This document shows, in pieces, positions 26,944 to 37,435 of a DNA stretch of 64,000 nucleotides. This DNA is from Methanomassiliicoccaceae archaeon (GTDB taxonomy: Archaea; Thermoplasmatota; Thermoplasmata; Methanomassiliicoccales; Methanomassiliicoccaceae): assembly GCA_040776945.1 (NCBI GenBank), contig JAXGZN010000002.1, positions 128,001 to 192,000 on the forward strand. Direction: 5' to 3'. The position numbers and the translations under genes were made by a program. The first letter of the stretch is position 1, and every line of letters begins with the position of its first letter. The notes beneath the pieces were generated by a model that did no database searches, had not been told where the DNA came from, and saw only the letters and a list, made by a program, of their open reading frames with translations.

Positions 26944-27384
26944 ATGAACATGACCTTTGATGAGTTCCTTGCCTTGGCCAAGAAGTACCAGGCCATCGGC
27001 AGCTCAGCACAGAGCCTGCTCGATGACATCCGCCGGGGGCCCTACCGGGTCCAGGACGGTGTCCGCCTCAGGCAGCTCTACGAGTTCCTTCTGGACCTTC
27101 AGAGCGTGCAGGACGACCAGAAGGACGTGAACGAGGCCGTTGCCACCGTCGGAAACCTCCTCGCAGAGTACCAGAACGAGGAAGACGAGAGGATCGTCTG
27201 CGAGAAGTGGGTGCCTGAGAAAGGCTTTCCCGGTGCGACCTTGTGGCTGCAACGTGAGGACTCCAAATGGGCCATCGCTCCCTCGCCGAAGGAGGGCGTT
27301 TGCCTGGGAAAGTGCGTCAAGGACCTTGGCACGCACAAGTGGTTCGACAAGCCGCTCCCCCTGCTGGTCGACGGCGTGCGCTGA
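26944..27384 (+). CDS. Hypothetical protein (146 aa)
   Basis: ATG preceded by GGATGGA; codons end mostly in G/C like neighbouring genes; followed by a pyrimidine-rich tract; no family recognised. Confidence 0.75.
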   Translation: MNMTFDEFLALAKKYQAIGSSAQSLLDDIRRGPYRVQDGVRLRQLYEFLLDLQSVQDDQKDVNEAVATVGNLLAEYQNEEDERIVCEKWVPEKGFPGATLWLQREDSKWAIAPSPKEGVCLGKCVKDLGTHKWFDKPLPLLVDGVR

Positions 27385-27489
27385 TCCCAAACCCTTTACC
27401 CCCACCATTTTATCATATTCTCTCGTAGCTCCCTCAACGAATCCCCCATCCCAATGGAGGTCATGCGGCCGGAACCGTGGGCGCAGGGA

Positions 27490-29667
27490 TCAGGCGATAC
27501 GGCGCAGGGCGATGGCGCACTGCCCGCTGGATATGCCTCCGTCGCCGTTCGGGAGCCTTTCCGGGCAGATGAACTCGAGGCCATGGGCGAGGACCATCCG
27601 TTCGGTGAGCGAAGAAATTACGCCATTATAGGAAACGCCTCCGGTAAGGCCCACCGAGCCCAAGCCTCTCCGCGCCGCCTCGTCCGCGGCCGCCTCCACA
27701 AGGGGCTCGAGCACTGCGGACACATAGGTCAAGGCGAGATCCTCGCGCGTTCCCTTCATCTCCCTCAGCTCCTGGAAAAGCGGCACCGTCATAACCGTAC
27801 CGTTGACGCGCTCAGCCTTCAGGCCTTCGATGACCCGGCCCTTTTCCAGCAATGCCTCGAGCTTCATGGCCGGCTCTCCGTCATAGGTGCGCTTCTGGCA
27901 CACGCCGAAGTAGCAGGAAAGAGCGTCGAGCAACCGTCCGAACCCGCTGCTGGTCTTGCTGCTGGGCATGATCTTCCTGAGGACCGCGGCCTGTTCGTCG
28001 TTGAAATAGCCGCTCGGCCGCCCGGCCATCTCGTCCATGGCGAAGACCAGACGGCAGGGGTCCCGGACCGCCTTCTCTCCTCCCAGAAGAGGAATGGCCT
28101 GGATGTGCGCCACGCGGTCGTAGGATAGGAGATCGGCCCTCAGCACCTCGCCTCCCCAGGCCTGCCCGTCTGCGCCGTAACCGGTCCCGTCGAGGGTCAG
28201 CGCCACGATCTCCTCCACGCCAGCGTCGACCATCAATGCGGCGGCGTGGGCCCAATGATGCTGGACCTCCACCAGCTCAGCCCTCTCGCGGTAGGCGATG
28301 GAAGCGCCTAGCTTGCGGTTGCTGTAGCCCGGGTGCAGGTCCACCGCCACCGCCTGGACCTTGTCCACGCCCAGCATCTGTCGGAAGTGCCGCACCGAAG
28401 AGTCCAGGAAGTCGATGACCCCCAGGGAATCGCCGTCCCCGATATACTGGGTGGTGAACATGCGGCCGTCCTTGGCCACCGCTCCGCAGAGGTTCTCCTG
28501 GCCCCCAAGGCCGATGGCGGCCCCTTTCAAGGGGACGTCGATCGCCGACGGTATGTGCCCCCTGGAGCGGCGGATGAAGTAGGTGTGCCTCCCGAAGGCC
28601 CTGACCACTGAATCATCGCAGCGGTTGATGATCTCCCGGTCATGCATGAGGTAGGCGTCCGCGCCAAGGTCCAGGGCGTCCGCGTCCCTGAGGACCATGG
28701 GCTCACCGGGAACGTTCGCGGAGGTCATTACCAACGCGTCGTCCTCGAGGTGCCGGAACAGCAGATGATGCATCCCTGCGTACGGAAGGAAGAGCCCGAC
28801 CGTGCTCAGTCCCGGAGAGACGGCCTCCATGATCTCACTGGGCCGCTTGCGCACCAGGACCACCGGGCGATGCGGCGAGCTCAGGAGCTCCTCCTCGAAG
28901 TCCGTAGGCTCGCTGTATCGCCTAACGGCCTCCATGTCCCGGACCATGATGGCGAACGGCTTCTCCTTCCGGCGATACCACTCCCGTAGCCGGGGGAGCG
29001 TTCCAAGGGTGGTGCAGATGTGCATGCCGCCCCAGCTTTTGGCTATTCCTATGCCGCCCTCCCGCAGCAGTCGGGCGAAACCCTCCATAGGATCGCCTTC
29101 CAGCACCTTTCCCTTGCGGTCCAGCAGATAATAGGAAGGTCCGCAGTGAGGGCACGATATCGTCTGGTGGTGAAAGCGTCGGGCCGAAGGGTCGTCGTAC
29201 TCGTTGCGGCAGTCGGGGTCCATGGGGAAGTCTCGCATGGAGGTGTTCTCGCGGTCGTACGGAAGATCGATGATCACCGTATACCTGGCCCCGCAGTTCG
29301 TGCAGTTTGTGAAAGGATAAAGGTAGCGGCGGTCAGAGGGATCGAACATCTCTCTCAGGCAGTCGTCGCAGACCGCGGTGTCGTTGGGGATGCCCACGCC
29401 TCTCTGCCCTGCCTCGCTGGGCACGATCCGGAAACCTGTCCCCAAGGCCTCTTCCGACGGCACAATCTCCACCGAGTCCAAGCGGGCGAGGGGCGGCAGC
29501 TCCGCCCTAAGCCGGCGGACGAGCTCGTCCGCGTGGCGGTCGACCACCACCACGACGTTGGATCCGTTGTTCTGGACATAGCCCCGCAGGCCCATGGAGG
29601 TGGCGATGCGGTACACAGTGGGGCGGAAGCCTACGCCCTGGACTATGCCGTGAACGATGATCTTCAT
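27490..29667 (-). CDS. hypF: [NiFe]-hydrogenase maturation carbamoyltransferase
   Basis: GIVQGVGFRP acylphosphatase motif, zinc fingers (CDDC, CTNCG, CPHCGP), MTSAN, DLHPGY, QHHWAH, DGTGYG and PNGDGGIS. Confidence 0.96.
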   Translation of the reverse strand: MKIIVHGIVQGVGFRPTVYRIATSMGLRGYVQNNGSNVVVVVDRHADELVRRLRAELPPLARLDSVEIVPSEEALGTGFRIVPSEAGQRGVGIPNDTAVCDDCLREMFDPSDRRYLYPFTNCTNCGARYTVIIDLPYDRENTSMRDFPMDPDCRNEYDDPSARRFHHQTISCPHCGPSYYLLDRKGKVLEGDPMEGFARLLREGGIGIAKSWGGMHICTTLGTLPRLREWYRRKEKPFAIMVRDMEAVRRYSEPTDFEEELLSSPHRPVVLVRKRPSEIMEAVSPGLSTVGLFLPYAGMHHLLFRHLEDDALVMTSANVPGEPMVLRDADALDLGADAYLMHDREIINRCDDSVVRAFGRHTYFIRRSRGHIPSAIDVPLKGAAIGLGGQENLCGAVAKDGRMFTTQYIGDGDSLGVIDFLDSSVRHFRQMLGVDKVQAVAVDLHPGYSNRKLGASIAYRERAELVEVQHHWAHAAALMVDAGVEEIVALTLDGTGYGADGQAWGGEVLRADLLSYDRVAHIQAIPLLGGEKAVRDPCRLVFAMDEMAGRPSGYFNDEQAAVLRKIMPSSKTSSGFGRLLDALSCYFGVCQKRTYDGEPAMKLEALLEKGRVIEGLKAERVNGTVMTVPLFQELREMKGTREDLALTYVSAVLEPLVEAAADEAARRGLGSVGLTGGVSYNGVISSLTERMVLAHGLEFICPERLPNGDGGISSGQCAIALRRIA

Positions 29668-29757
29668 GTCCAGATTTCAACGCTGGGGAATTATAAAGAA
29701 GTTGTTGGGCAAGGAATATTAACGCGTTATCGGTTGGACCTGCAGAGGAAGAGAGCG

Positions 29758-30147
29758 ATGGCAGGCACAAGTGTCGTCAAGGACGAGCTGAGGTACACGG
29801 CCGACCATGAGTGGGTCAAGGTCGAGAACGGTAACGCCAGGGTCGGCATCACCGACCACGCCCAGAGCGAGCTTACCGAGATCGTGTTCATCGAGCTGCC
29901 CAAGAAGGGAAAGAAGCTGAAGAAAGGGGAACTGCTCGCGCAGCTGGAGAGCGTGAAGACCGTGGCGTCCGTGTACGCTCCGGTGGCCGGGGAGGTCGTG
30001 GAGGTCAACTCCGCTCTTGAGGACGCGACCCAGAGCGTCAACGAGTCCCCGTACGGGGAAGGATGGCTGGCGGTGATCAAGATGGACGATCCGGCCTCGG
30101 CAGGCGCCCTCTTGGACGCCGCGTCCTACAGGAAGCTCCTGGGATAG
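29758..30147 (+). CDS. gcvH: Glycine cleavage system H protein (lipoyl carrier)
   Basis: YTADHEWV, VGITDHAQ, ESVK lipoyl-lysine motif, NESPYGEGW; ATG 29758. Confidence 0.92.
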   Translation: MAGTSVVKDELRYTADHEWVKVENGNARVGITDHAQSELTEIVFIELPKKGKKLKKGELLAQLESVKTVASVYAPVAGEVVEVNSALEDATQSVNESPYGEGWLAVIKMDDPASAGALLDAASYRKLLG

Positions 30148-30167
30148 GGGCCGGCGGCCGCGCCCGT

Positions 30168-30953
30168 TCAGATGCCCGCGTCCTTCAAGGTATGGGGGCA
30201 GACGCACGCGGTCCTCTCGGCCGGAATCAGGGGAAGGACAGCGGCGATCAGCCTCTGCACCTTTCCCACGTTCTCCTCCATCACCTTTATGATGGTAGCG
30301 ATGTCCACGACCTCCGGGGACCAAACGTCATAGTCGGTGATGGTGGCCAGTGAAGAGTAGCACATATCCATCTCCCTGGCCAGCTGGCACTCCGGCACCA
30401 GGGTCATCCCGATGATGTCGGCGAACTGGCGGTACATCCTCGACTCGGCCCGGGTGGAGAACCGCGGCCCCTCGATGCAGACATAGGTCCCGCCCATATG
30501 GTGCCTTATGCCTAGGCGCGCCGCCTCCTTGGCGAAGAGCGCGCTCATCTCTTGGCAGAAAGGATCGGCCATGGAGATATGGACGGTCTTGGATCCGTCA
30601 TAGAACGTGTAACTCCTTCCTCTGGTCTGGTCGATGAACTGGTCGACGATGACCAGGTCCCCCGGCCTGTACTCCTCCTTGAGGGAGCCGACCGCGCAGG
30701 GCGAGATTATGCGCTCGACCCCCAGCTGCTTCAAGGCCCATATGTTCGCCCGGTAGTTCACCATGTGCGGCGGAAGGACATGCCCGGTCCCGTGACGCGA
30801 AAGGAACGCCACCTCTGTGCCTCCCATCTCACCTACCAGGACGGCGTCCGACGGGGCCCCGTAGGGGGTGGACATTCTGATCCGGTCCTTGACCTTGAAG
30901 GCCTGGGGATCGTACACTCCGGTGCCGCCGATGATGCCTATTCGTGGTGACAT
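30168..30953 (-). CDS. mtnP: S-methyl-5'-thioadenosine/thioinosine phosphorylase
   Basis: IGIIGGTG, TPYGAPS, RHG..H..PPH.VNYRANIWAL, EGPRFSTRAES, GMT.VPE and TDYD motifs; ATG 30953. Confidence 0.93.
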   Translation of the reverse strand: MSPRIGIIGGTGVYDPQAFKVKDRIRMSTPYGAPSDAVLVGEMGGTEVAFLSRHGTGHVLPPHMVNYRANIWALKQLGVERIISPCAVGSLKEEYRPGDLVIVDQFIDQTRGRSYTFYDGSKTVHISMADPFCQEMSALFAKEAARLGIRHHMGGTYVCIEGPRFSTRAESRMYRQFADIIGMTLVPECQLAREMDMCYSSLATITDYDVWSPEVVDIATIIKVMEENVGKVQRLIAAVLPLIPAERTACVCPHTLKDAGI

Positions 30954-31054
30954 GAGGCTGCCGATATCTCCCAGGCTAAATAAATCGATGGTCCCATGAG
31001 CGAAGGAAGAATACGAGGCTTTTTTATTCGGGTCCATCATCCCAGGGCACGGGC

Positions 31055-31576
31055 ATGACGGTCAAGATCGAGATGAACCCGGTCCGTGGCATAAGGACCT
31101 TTCCCGCCTTTCCGGTAGTTCTGGCGGTCGTCGGCAAGGAGGAGAGGAACATCATCACCTTAGCCCTCGTGCACGTGTTCTCCTTCAACCCGCCGCTGAT
31201 AGGCGTCGGGATCATGCCCTCTCGGCACAGCCATGAGCTCTTTCACCGCTCGCCGGACTTCAGCATAAACATTCCTGGAAAGGAGCTCGTGGAGGAGGTC
31301 ATTTTCTGCGGGGAGAGGTCGGGCAAGGACGTCGACAAGTTCGAGGAGACCGGCATGACCCCCATCCCCGGCAAGAAGATCGAGACCCCCTCGATCGATG
31401 AATGCCTGGTGAACTTCGAATGCCGGAAGGTCCAGACCTTCGACACCGGCGACCATACCTGGTTCATCGGGGAGGTGGTCACAGCTCGTACCGTCGAGGG
31501 CTACGACCGGGAGCGGGCGCTCATATACTGGGCAGGGGAGTTCCGAACTCTCGGGGAGATAATCAGGGGCCGATGA
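31055..31576 (+). CDS. Flavin reductase/flavoredoxin family protein
   Basis: PVVL, SFNPP, CGERSGKDVDKF and GDHTWFIGEV motifs. Confidence 0.88.
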   Translation: MTVKIEMNPVRGIRTFPAFPVVLAVVGKEERNIITLALVHVFSFNPPLIGVGIMPSRHSHELFHRSPDFSINIPGKELVEEVIFCGERSGKDVDKFEETGMTPIPGKKIETPSIDECLVNFECRKVQTFDTGDHTWFIGEVVTARTVEGYDRERALIYWAGEFRTLGEIIRGR

Positions 31577-32661
31577 CGCCGTTCACGAACGACCCGTTGG
31601 AGGAATGGGCCGTCCATTGCCAGCGCCGGGCCGCCGAGATATCCCTGGACAGCAGCGGGGCGCCCCCGCCGTTCGGCGACCCCGCATGGGAGGCGGTGAG
31701 GTTCTCCCCCGCCAACAACGAGGCCGAGGCAGAGGGCAGACTGAAGGAGGCGCTGTCCCGTGCCTACGGGGTGGACGAGGACATGATCGCCCTGGCCCAG
31801 GGTGCGCAGCACGCCGGCTTCCTTTTCTTCCTCTCCCATTTACGGCCCGGGGACCTTGCGGCGGTGGAGAACCCCACGTTCATGCCCATCCGGAGACAGG
31901 TGGAGCATCTGGGCCGCGCGCTCGCCTTCGACCGCTGCCCGGAAAGCTCTTACGTGCCCCGCCGGGAACAGGTCGAAGGCCTGCTGTCCAAGGGGGCCAG
32001 GGTCCTGGCGCTAACCAATCTCCACAACCCCTCAGGGGCCGTGCTCAGCGAGGACCGAACGGCAGGCCTGGTGGAGGGCGCGGACCGCAAGGGAGCCATG
32101 GTCCTCAGCGACGAGGTGTATCGAGAGATGGCCTATGGACCGGTCCCCCGGGCAACGTTTCACTTCGGGGAGAACGCCGTTTCGGTCTCCAGCGTTACCA
32201 AGCTCAACGGCCTGCGCGGGCTCCGGGCAGGATGGCTGATCGGAGCGCCGGACGTGGTCCGGAAGGTCGAGGCCGCCAGGATCTACACCTCCTACCGCCT
32301 GCCGGCGATAACCTGCGAGTACGCCGCGGAGGCGGTCAAGCGGAGGGAATGGTTCAGGGAGAGGGCGCTTCGCACTGCGGAGAGGAACCTGCCCGAGCTC
32401 AAAGGATGGCTTGAGAGCGAGCCTCGGATCGCATGCCGCCTTCCGGACGGGGCCTTGATGGCCCACCTTCGCCTTCCGCCGGGGATCGATGACCTGGACC
32501 TAAGCGAGCGCCTGCTGGATTCCAAGGTGGCGGTCGGCCCTGGCCGCTACTGGGGGGCGCCCGGGACCATCAGAGTGACCTTCTCCTGCTCCCGGTCGGA
32601 GCTGGCATCCGGACTGGGAGCGATATCCTCCATCCTGGACGCGATCGGCGCTCCAAGATGA
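31573..32661 (+). CDS. PLP-dependent aminotransferase, class I/II
   Basis: TNLHNPSG, SDEVY and SVTKLNGLRGLRAGW (PLP lysine); ATGA overlap with the flavin reductase gene. Confidence 0.88.
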   Translation: MTPFTNDPLEEWAVHCQRRAAEISLDSSGAPPPFGDPAWEAVRFSPANNEAEAEGRLKEALSRAYGVDEDMIALAQGAQHAGFLFFLSHLRPGDLAAVENPTFMPIRRQVEHLGRALAFDRCPESSYVPRREQVEGLLSKGARVLALTNLHNPSGAVLSEDRTAGLVEGADRKGAMVLSDEVYREMAYGPVPRATFHFGENAVSVSSVTKLNGLRGLRAGWLIGAPDVVRKVEAARIYTSYRLPAITCEYAAEAVKRREWFRERALRTAERNLPELKGWLESEPRIACRLPDGALMAHLRLPPGIDDLDLSERLLDSKVAVGPGRYWGAPGTIRVTFSCSRSELASGLGAISSILDAIGAPR

Positions 32662-32671
32662 GCGCAGCGGA

Positions 32672-33499
32672 TCAGGGGACCAGCGGCATGGCGCGGGGAT
32701 AGGAGCCGAGCACCTTGACGAAAACGGCCCGCCTCACCAGGTCGGTGAGCGCGTCGGCCACCTTGGGATCGTTCACATGGCCGTCGATGTCCACGAAGAA
32801 CACGTACTCCCATGCCCTTCCCTTCCGCGGTCGGGACTCCACCTTGGTCATATTGATGCCCCGCCCGGCGAAAGCGCCCATGGCCTCATAGAGAGCTCCC
32901 GGAACGTTCCTGGTGGCAAAGGCCAGGGAGGTCTTGTCGCCGCGGTCGAGCAGATGCGAGGAGCGACGCAGCGCGAAGAACCTGGTGTAGTTCTCGTCGC
33001 TCCCCTGGATCCCTTCCCTCAGCACCTTCATCCCATACGCCTCGGCAGCCCGGCGGGAGGCGATGGCCGCCTCGTCCTTTATTCCGCGCTCCTTGATCAG
33101 CCGCACCGAACCAGCGGTGTCGAAGGCCGGGACCTTCTCCCATCCCGGATATCTGGCAAGAAAGCTTCGGCACTGTCCCAGAGCCTGAGGGTGCGAATAG
33201 ACGCGGACGATGTCCCCGATATCCGAACCGGGATGGGATATGAGGCAGTGGACCACTGGCACCAGCACCTCGCCGACGATCACCAGGTCGTTCTCCAGCA
33301 GCAGATCGTTCACGGCGGTGACGGAGCCCTCGATGGAGTTCTCCACCGGCACGATGCCGTGCTCCGCATCCCCCCGTTCCACAGCCCGGAACACCGACTC
33401 GAAGTCCGGGCAGGGCATGGTGTCCACTCCCGGGAAGAATGAGGCGGCGGCATCCTCGGAGAACGCTCCCTTCACTCCCTGGAACGCGACCTTGCTCAT
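32672..33499 (-). CDS. pheA: Prephenate dehydratase
   Basis: VAFQG..GAFSE, PVENSIEG, SHPQALGQC, NYTRF, and an ACT domain with INMTKVESRP; ATG 33499. Confidence 0.95.
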   Translation of the reverse strand: MSKVAFQGVKGAFSEDAAASFFPGVDTMPCPDFESVFRAVERGDAEHGIVPVENSIEGSVTAVNDLLLENDLVIVGEVLVPVVHCLISHPGSDIGDIVRVYSHPQALGQCRSFLARYPGWEKVPAFDTAGSVRLIKERGIKDEAAIASRRAAEAYGMKVLREGIQGSDENYTRFFALRRSSHLLDRGDKTSLAFATRNVPGALYEAMGAFAGRGINMTKVESRPRKGRAWEYVFFVDIDGHVNDPKVADALTDLVRRAVFVKVLGSYPRAMPLVP

Positions 33500-33501
33500 G
33501 G

Positions 33502-34869
33502 TCACCCGCCGAAGAACTCGCGGTGTATCGTCTTCGTGGTCTTCTCCAGGTCCTTGCGCTTCACCGTGAACGTCAAGGCCACGGTGGACGCTCCGGCGGA
33601 TATCAGGCTGATGTTGGTCCCGCTGCCGGCAACGATGCTGAACACCTTCCCTGCAATGCCCTCCTTCTGCCCCAGCCCTTCGCCCACCAGGCAAAGGAGC
33701 GCGACATCGCGGACCGTCTCCACGCGATCGACCACGCCCTTTTTCGCTTCGCTCATGACCTTCTCCGCCCTCTTCAGGTCCCGCTCCTCGATGAGCATGG
33801 ACACGCAGGTCTGGGACGTAGCCGCCGAGTAGACGTTGATGCCGGCCTCCGAGAGCAGGGTGGACATCTCGGACATCACTCCAGATTTCGAGCCGAGCCC
33901 CGCGCCGTAGACCTTGACCATGGCCATGTTGGGCATGCTAGATATGCTCTTTATGGTGCGGTTGCCCTCCACCCCCTTGGGGTTGATGGCAGTGCCCTCG
34001 TAGTCCGGCTTGAAGACGTTCTTCACCCGGATGGTGATTGCCTTGGCCCTCGCCGGTTCGACCGTCCGGGGATGCAGAACCTTGGCGCCGAAGTAGGAGA
34101 GCTCGGCCGCCTCCTCGTAGGACAGCTGGCCGATGGGCACCGCCTCGGGCACGACCTTGGGGTCGGCGGACATGAACCCGTCGACGTCCTTCCATATCTC
34201 CAGGCTGTCCGCGTCGATGGCATTGGCTATCACGCTGGCGCTGTAGTCCGTGCCGTTTCGCCCGAGGAGGGTGATGAAGCCCTCGTGGGTCTTTCCGAAG
34301 AAGCCGGTGACCACCGGGGTCTCCTGCCTCTTGAACATCTCATAGATGCGGGGAGCGATGTTGCTCCTCGTGGTCTCCATGTCCACGGTGGCCGAGCCGA
34401 ACGTGCCGTCAGTGACGATCCCCAGATCATCGGCCTCCACGGGAACGGCGTTGACCCCCATCTCCTGAAGCATGGCCGCCATGACGATGACGCTCATTCG
34501 CTCTCCGAAGGACTGCACCAGGTCCCTGGTCCTAGGGGTCAGCTCCTCGAGGTAGATGATGCCGTACAGGATGCGCTCCAGGCGGACCAGCCGCGCGGTG
34601 AGCTGGCTGACCGCGGTCTGTTTTACGTCCATGCTCCCGGCGACCTCGGTAAGCAGCTTGAGGTGGCGGTCCTTCAGCGTCCTCACGAACTGCTGCACCT
34701 CCTCTTCCCGGCGGACCCTGGACATGAAGTCCAGGAGCGAGTCGGTTATCCCCTGTATTGCCGACACCACTATGACCTTCTCCTCTTTGTCGGAGGCTAT
34801 GATCTCGCCCACGCTCATCATGCTGGCACCGTCCTTCAGCGAGGACCCTCCGAACTTCTGGACCTTCAT
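33502..34869 (-). CDS. lysC: Aspartate kinase
   Basis: KFGGSS, VVSA, SFGER, LGRNGTDYSA, DVDG..SADP, EAAELSYFGAKVLHP motifs and two ACT domains. Confidence 0.95.
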   Translation of the reverse strand: MKVQKFGGSSLKDGASMMSVGEIIASDKEEKVIVVSAIQGITDSLLDFMSRVRREEEVQQFVRTLKDRHLKLLTEVAGSMDVKQTAVSQLTARLVRLERILYGIIYLEELTPRTRDLVQSFGERMSVIVMAAMLQEMGVNAVPVEADDLGIVTDGTFGSATVDMETTRSNIAPRIYEMFKRQETPVVTGFFGKTHEGFITLLGRNGTDYSASVIANAIDADSLEIWKDVDGFMSADPKVVPEAVPIGQLSYEEAAELSYFGAKVLHPRTVEPARAKAITIRVKNVFKPDYEGTAINPKGVEGNRTIKSISSMPNMAMVKVYGAGLGSKSGVMSEMSTLLSEAGINVYSAATSQTCVSMLIEERDLKRAEKVMSEAKKGVVDRVETVRDVALLCLVGEGLGQKEGIAGKVFSIVAGSGTNISLISAGASTVALTFTVKRKDLEKTTKTIHREFFGG

Positions 34870-35525
34870 CCTTTCCTGACCCTCCGTATGATGTCCTTTG
34901 GGATCCGATTCACGCAGATCTCCGCCTCATCGCGGGTCAGCCCGGCGCCCATGGCTATATGCACCGCGCGCTCCTCGGAGATAAGGTCGTCGGGCGAATG
35001 GGTATCGGTGTTCACGACCATCTTGGCATCGACCTTGCGGGCCATTCGGACCACATGCCCATTTGTCATAGCGTGCCACGGCCTCGAGGTGATCTCCAGC
35101 ACCACTCCGTTGTCGGAGGCGGCCTGGGCGTCCTCCATGGTGATGAAGCCGGGATGCGCAAGTATGTTCACGTCGGGATTGTTCACCGCCGCGCGGTTCG
35201 TTCCCTTCTCCACCGGTTCGGCGATCGTTTCCCCATGGACGACGATTATCTCCGCCCCGGCCTTCTTGGCCATCTTGATCACGGAATCCATCTTGGCGGC
35301 GGGGATGTGCGTGAGCTCGACCCCTACCAGCATGTCCAATCCCCATTCCGCCGCCAGGGGGATGGCCTTTTTAGTTTCCTTTATCAGGCGGTGGATGTTG
35401 GTGGTGTCCGCATGATCGGTCACCGCGATGGCCTCGTGCTTCATGACCGCGGCCCGTCTGGCAAGCTCGATGGGCAGCAGTTCGCCGTCGCTGTGGAGCG
35501 TGTGCATGTGAAGGTCTATCCTCAT
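34866..35525 (-). CDS. PHP-family phosphoesterase, probable histidinol-phosphate phosphatase
   Basis: DLHMHT..SDG, TDH, GVELTH, VHGET, ILAHPG and NTDTH motifs; coupled to hisIE by an ATGA overlap. Confidence 0.8.
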   Translation of the reverse strand: MRIDLHMHTLHSDGELLPIELARRAAVMKHEAIAVTDHADTTNIHRLIKETKKAIPLAAEWGLDMLVGVELTHIPAAKMDSVIKMAKKAGAEIIVVHGETIAEPVEKGTNRAAVNNPDVNILAHPGFITMEDAQAASDNGVVLEITSRPWHAMTNGHVVRMARKVDAKMVVNTDTHSPDDLISEERAVHIAMGAGLTRDEAEICVNRIPKDIIRRVRKG

Positions 35526-36136
35526 CTCTTTGCCCCCTTGTGCCTTTCGGAAAGCTTCCTGAACACCTCGGACATGGGAAGGTCGAGGAACTCATAAAGG
35601 ACCATCTGGTGGTAGATCAGGTCGGCGGCCTCCCAGATCTCGCCGTTCCGGTCCTTGCCCTTCCCCGCGATGGCGAGCTCTCCGGCCTCCTCCACCACCT
35701 TCTTCAACACCTTGTCCTCGTCGGACAGCAGCTGGTTGGTGTAGCTGCCCGGCCGAGGGCTCTCCTTGCGGTCGCGGATGATCCTCCTCAGCTCCGGGAT
35801 GATGGAAGCGGTGCCGTCCAGGGAACCGTACAGCACCTCGTCGAAGCAGGACGGCCGGTCCAGGTGGCAGGCGTTGCCCGTCTGCTTCACTCTGATGAGC
35901 AAAGTGTCGTTATCACAGTCCGTCTGGATGCTCACGATGTCCTGAACATGGCCGGATTCCTCGCCCTTCATCCACAGCCTCTGCCGGGAGCGGGACCAGA
36001 AGTGGGTCCGGCCGGTGGACAGCATGAGGTTGTACGACTCGAGGTTGGCCCAGGCCATCATCAGGACCTCGTTGGTCTCCGCGTCCTGCACGATCGCGGG
36101 GATGAGCCCGTCATCATCGAACCTTAGGCCGGTCAC
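35522..36136 (-). CDS. hisIE: Bifunctional phosphoribosyl-AMP cyclohydrolase/phosphoribosyl-ATP pyrophosphatase
   Basis: [23 protein letters not shown] and ACH..SCF; then [13 protein letters not shown] and EAADLIYH. Confidence 0.95.
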   Translation of the reverse strand: MTGLRFDDDGLIPAIVQDAETNEVLMMAWANLESYNLMLSTGRTHFWSRSRQRLWMKGEESGHVQDIVSIQTDCDNDTLLIRVKQTGNACHLDRPSCFDEVLYGSLDGTASIIPELRRIIRDRKESPRPGSYTNQLLSDEDKVLKKVVEEAGELAIAGKGKDRNGEIWEAADLIYHQMVLYEFLDLPMSEVFRKLSERHKGAKR

Positions 36137-36885
36137 CGCACCAGCACCCCCCGGTCCGCGAGGTATCTCTTAACATCGCCAACGGTGTAGGTGCCGTAGT
36201 GGAAGATAGAGGCCGCCAGGGCGGCCGAGGCATTGGTCTGCTCGAACACCTGATAGATGTGCTCCGGGCCCCCGCATCCGCCAGAGGCGATGACCGGGAT
36301 GTCCACGCTGTCCGCCACGAGCTGCGTGAGCTTGATGTCGTACCCTTTTGTCGTGCCGTCGGCGTCCATGCTGGTGAGCAGGATCTCTCCGGCCCCCCGG
36401 TCCTGCATCTCATAGGCCCAGTCGGCGGCGTCATGCTCGGTGCGCTGCCTTCCGCCGTGGGTGTACACCTTCCATCCACGCCCCTCGCGCTTTGCGTCGA
36501 TCGCCACAACCACGCACTGGCTGCCGAAGTCCTCGGCACATGCGGTGATAAGCACAGGATCATGGACCGCAGCAGTGTTCACCGAGACCTTGTCGGCCCC
36601 GGCGTTGAGCGCCAGCCTCATGTCCTCCTTGGTGCGTATGCCTCCGCCCACGGTCAGCGGGACGAACAGCCCCTCCGCGGTACGCTCCACGACTTCCAGG
36701 AGCGTCTTCCTGGCGTCAGAGGTGGCGGTGATGTCCAGGAACACTATCTCGTCAGCGCCTTGCCGCTCGTACTCCATGGCCAGGTCCGGAGGGTACCCTA
36801 CTCCCTCCAGGTTCTGGAACTTGACCCCTTTGACCACTCGGCCCTCGGTGACGTCCAGACAGGGAATGATCCTCTTGGTCAGCAT
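36133..36885 (-). CDS. hisF: Imidazole glycerol phosphate synthase cyclase subunit
   Basis: [33 protein letters not shown] and LAASIFH motifs. Confidence 0.97.
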   Translation of the reverse strand: MLTKRIIPCLDVTEGRVVKGVKFQNLEGVGYPPDLAMEYERQGADEIVFLDITATSDARKTLLEVVERTAEGLFVPLTVGGGIRTKEDMRLALNAGADKVSVNTAAVHDPVLITACAEDFGSQCVVVAIDAKREGRGWKVYTHGGRQRTEHDAADWAYEMQDRGAGEILLTSMDADGTTKGYDIKLTQLVADSVDIPVIASGGCGGPEHIYQVFEQTNASAALAASIFHYGTYTVGDVKRYLADRGVLVR

Positions 36886-36886
36886 C

Positions 36887-37435
36887 CTAGCCGCTCCCGA
36901 ACCTCACAGTGTCCTTGGTGCTCAGTACGTTCTCCCGCGGGACGATGGCCTTCCTCAGCGCGGTGCCCAGGGCCTTGAAGGTGGCCTCGACGACATGGTG
37001 CTCGTCGATCCCACGCTCGATGATGGCGTGCAGGGTGATGCCGGAGGACATGGCGAACGAGCGGAGGAAGTGCGCGTAGAGCGCGTCCGGGCATTCGGCA
37101 TCGCAGTAAGGGCGGTCCACTATGTCCAGCGCCACGGTCACCAACGCATCGTCCATGGGCACCATGGCCGAGGCGATGCGGTCCACGGGAACATCCCCCA
37201 AGGCCTGCCGGAACGCCGTGCCCAGCGCGATGGCCACATCCTCCACCAAGTGATGGAGGTTGTCACCGCTCGCCTCCAGCGTCAGGTCGAACGACGCGTA
37301 CCGGGCGAGGGTCTCCAGCATGTGCCGGAGGAACTGCTCTTCCACGGTCACATCGGACCGTCCGGCGCCGTCCAGGCGCAGTGACAAGGAGATCGAGGTC
37401 TCCTTGGTCTTCCGCGTCAGCTTTGCCTCTCTCAT
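36887..37435 (-). CDS. hisB: Imidazoleglycerol-phosphate dehydratase (monofunctional)
   Basis: RKTKET, HML, HHLVED, PMDDAL and HHVVEA.FKA motifs. Confidence 0.95.
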   Translation of the reverse strand: MREAKLTRKTKETSISLSLRLDGAGRSDVTVEEQFLRHMLETLARYASFDLTLEASGDNLHHLVEDVAIALGTAFRQALGDVPVDRIASAMVPMDDALVTVALDIVDRPYCDAECPDALYAHFLRSFAMSSGITLHAIIERGIDEHHVVEATFKALGTALRKAIVPRENVLSTKDTVRFGSG

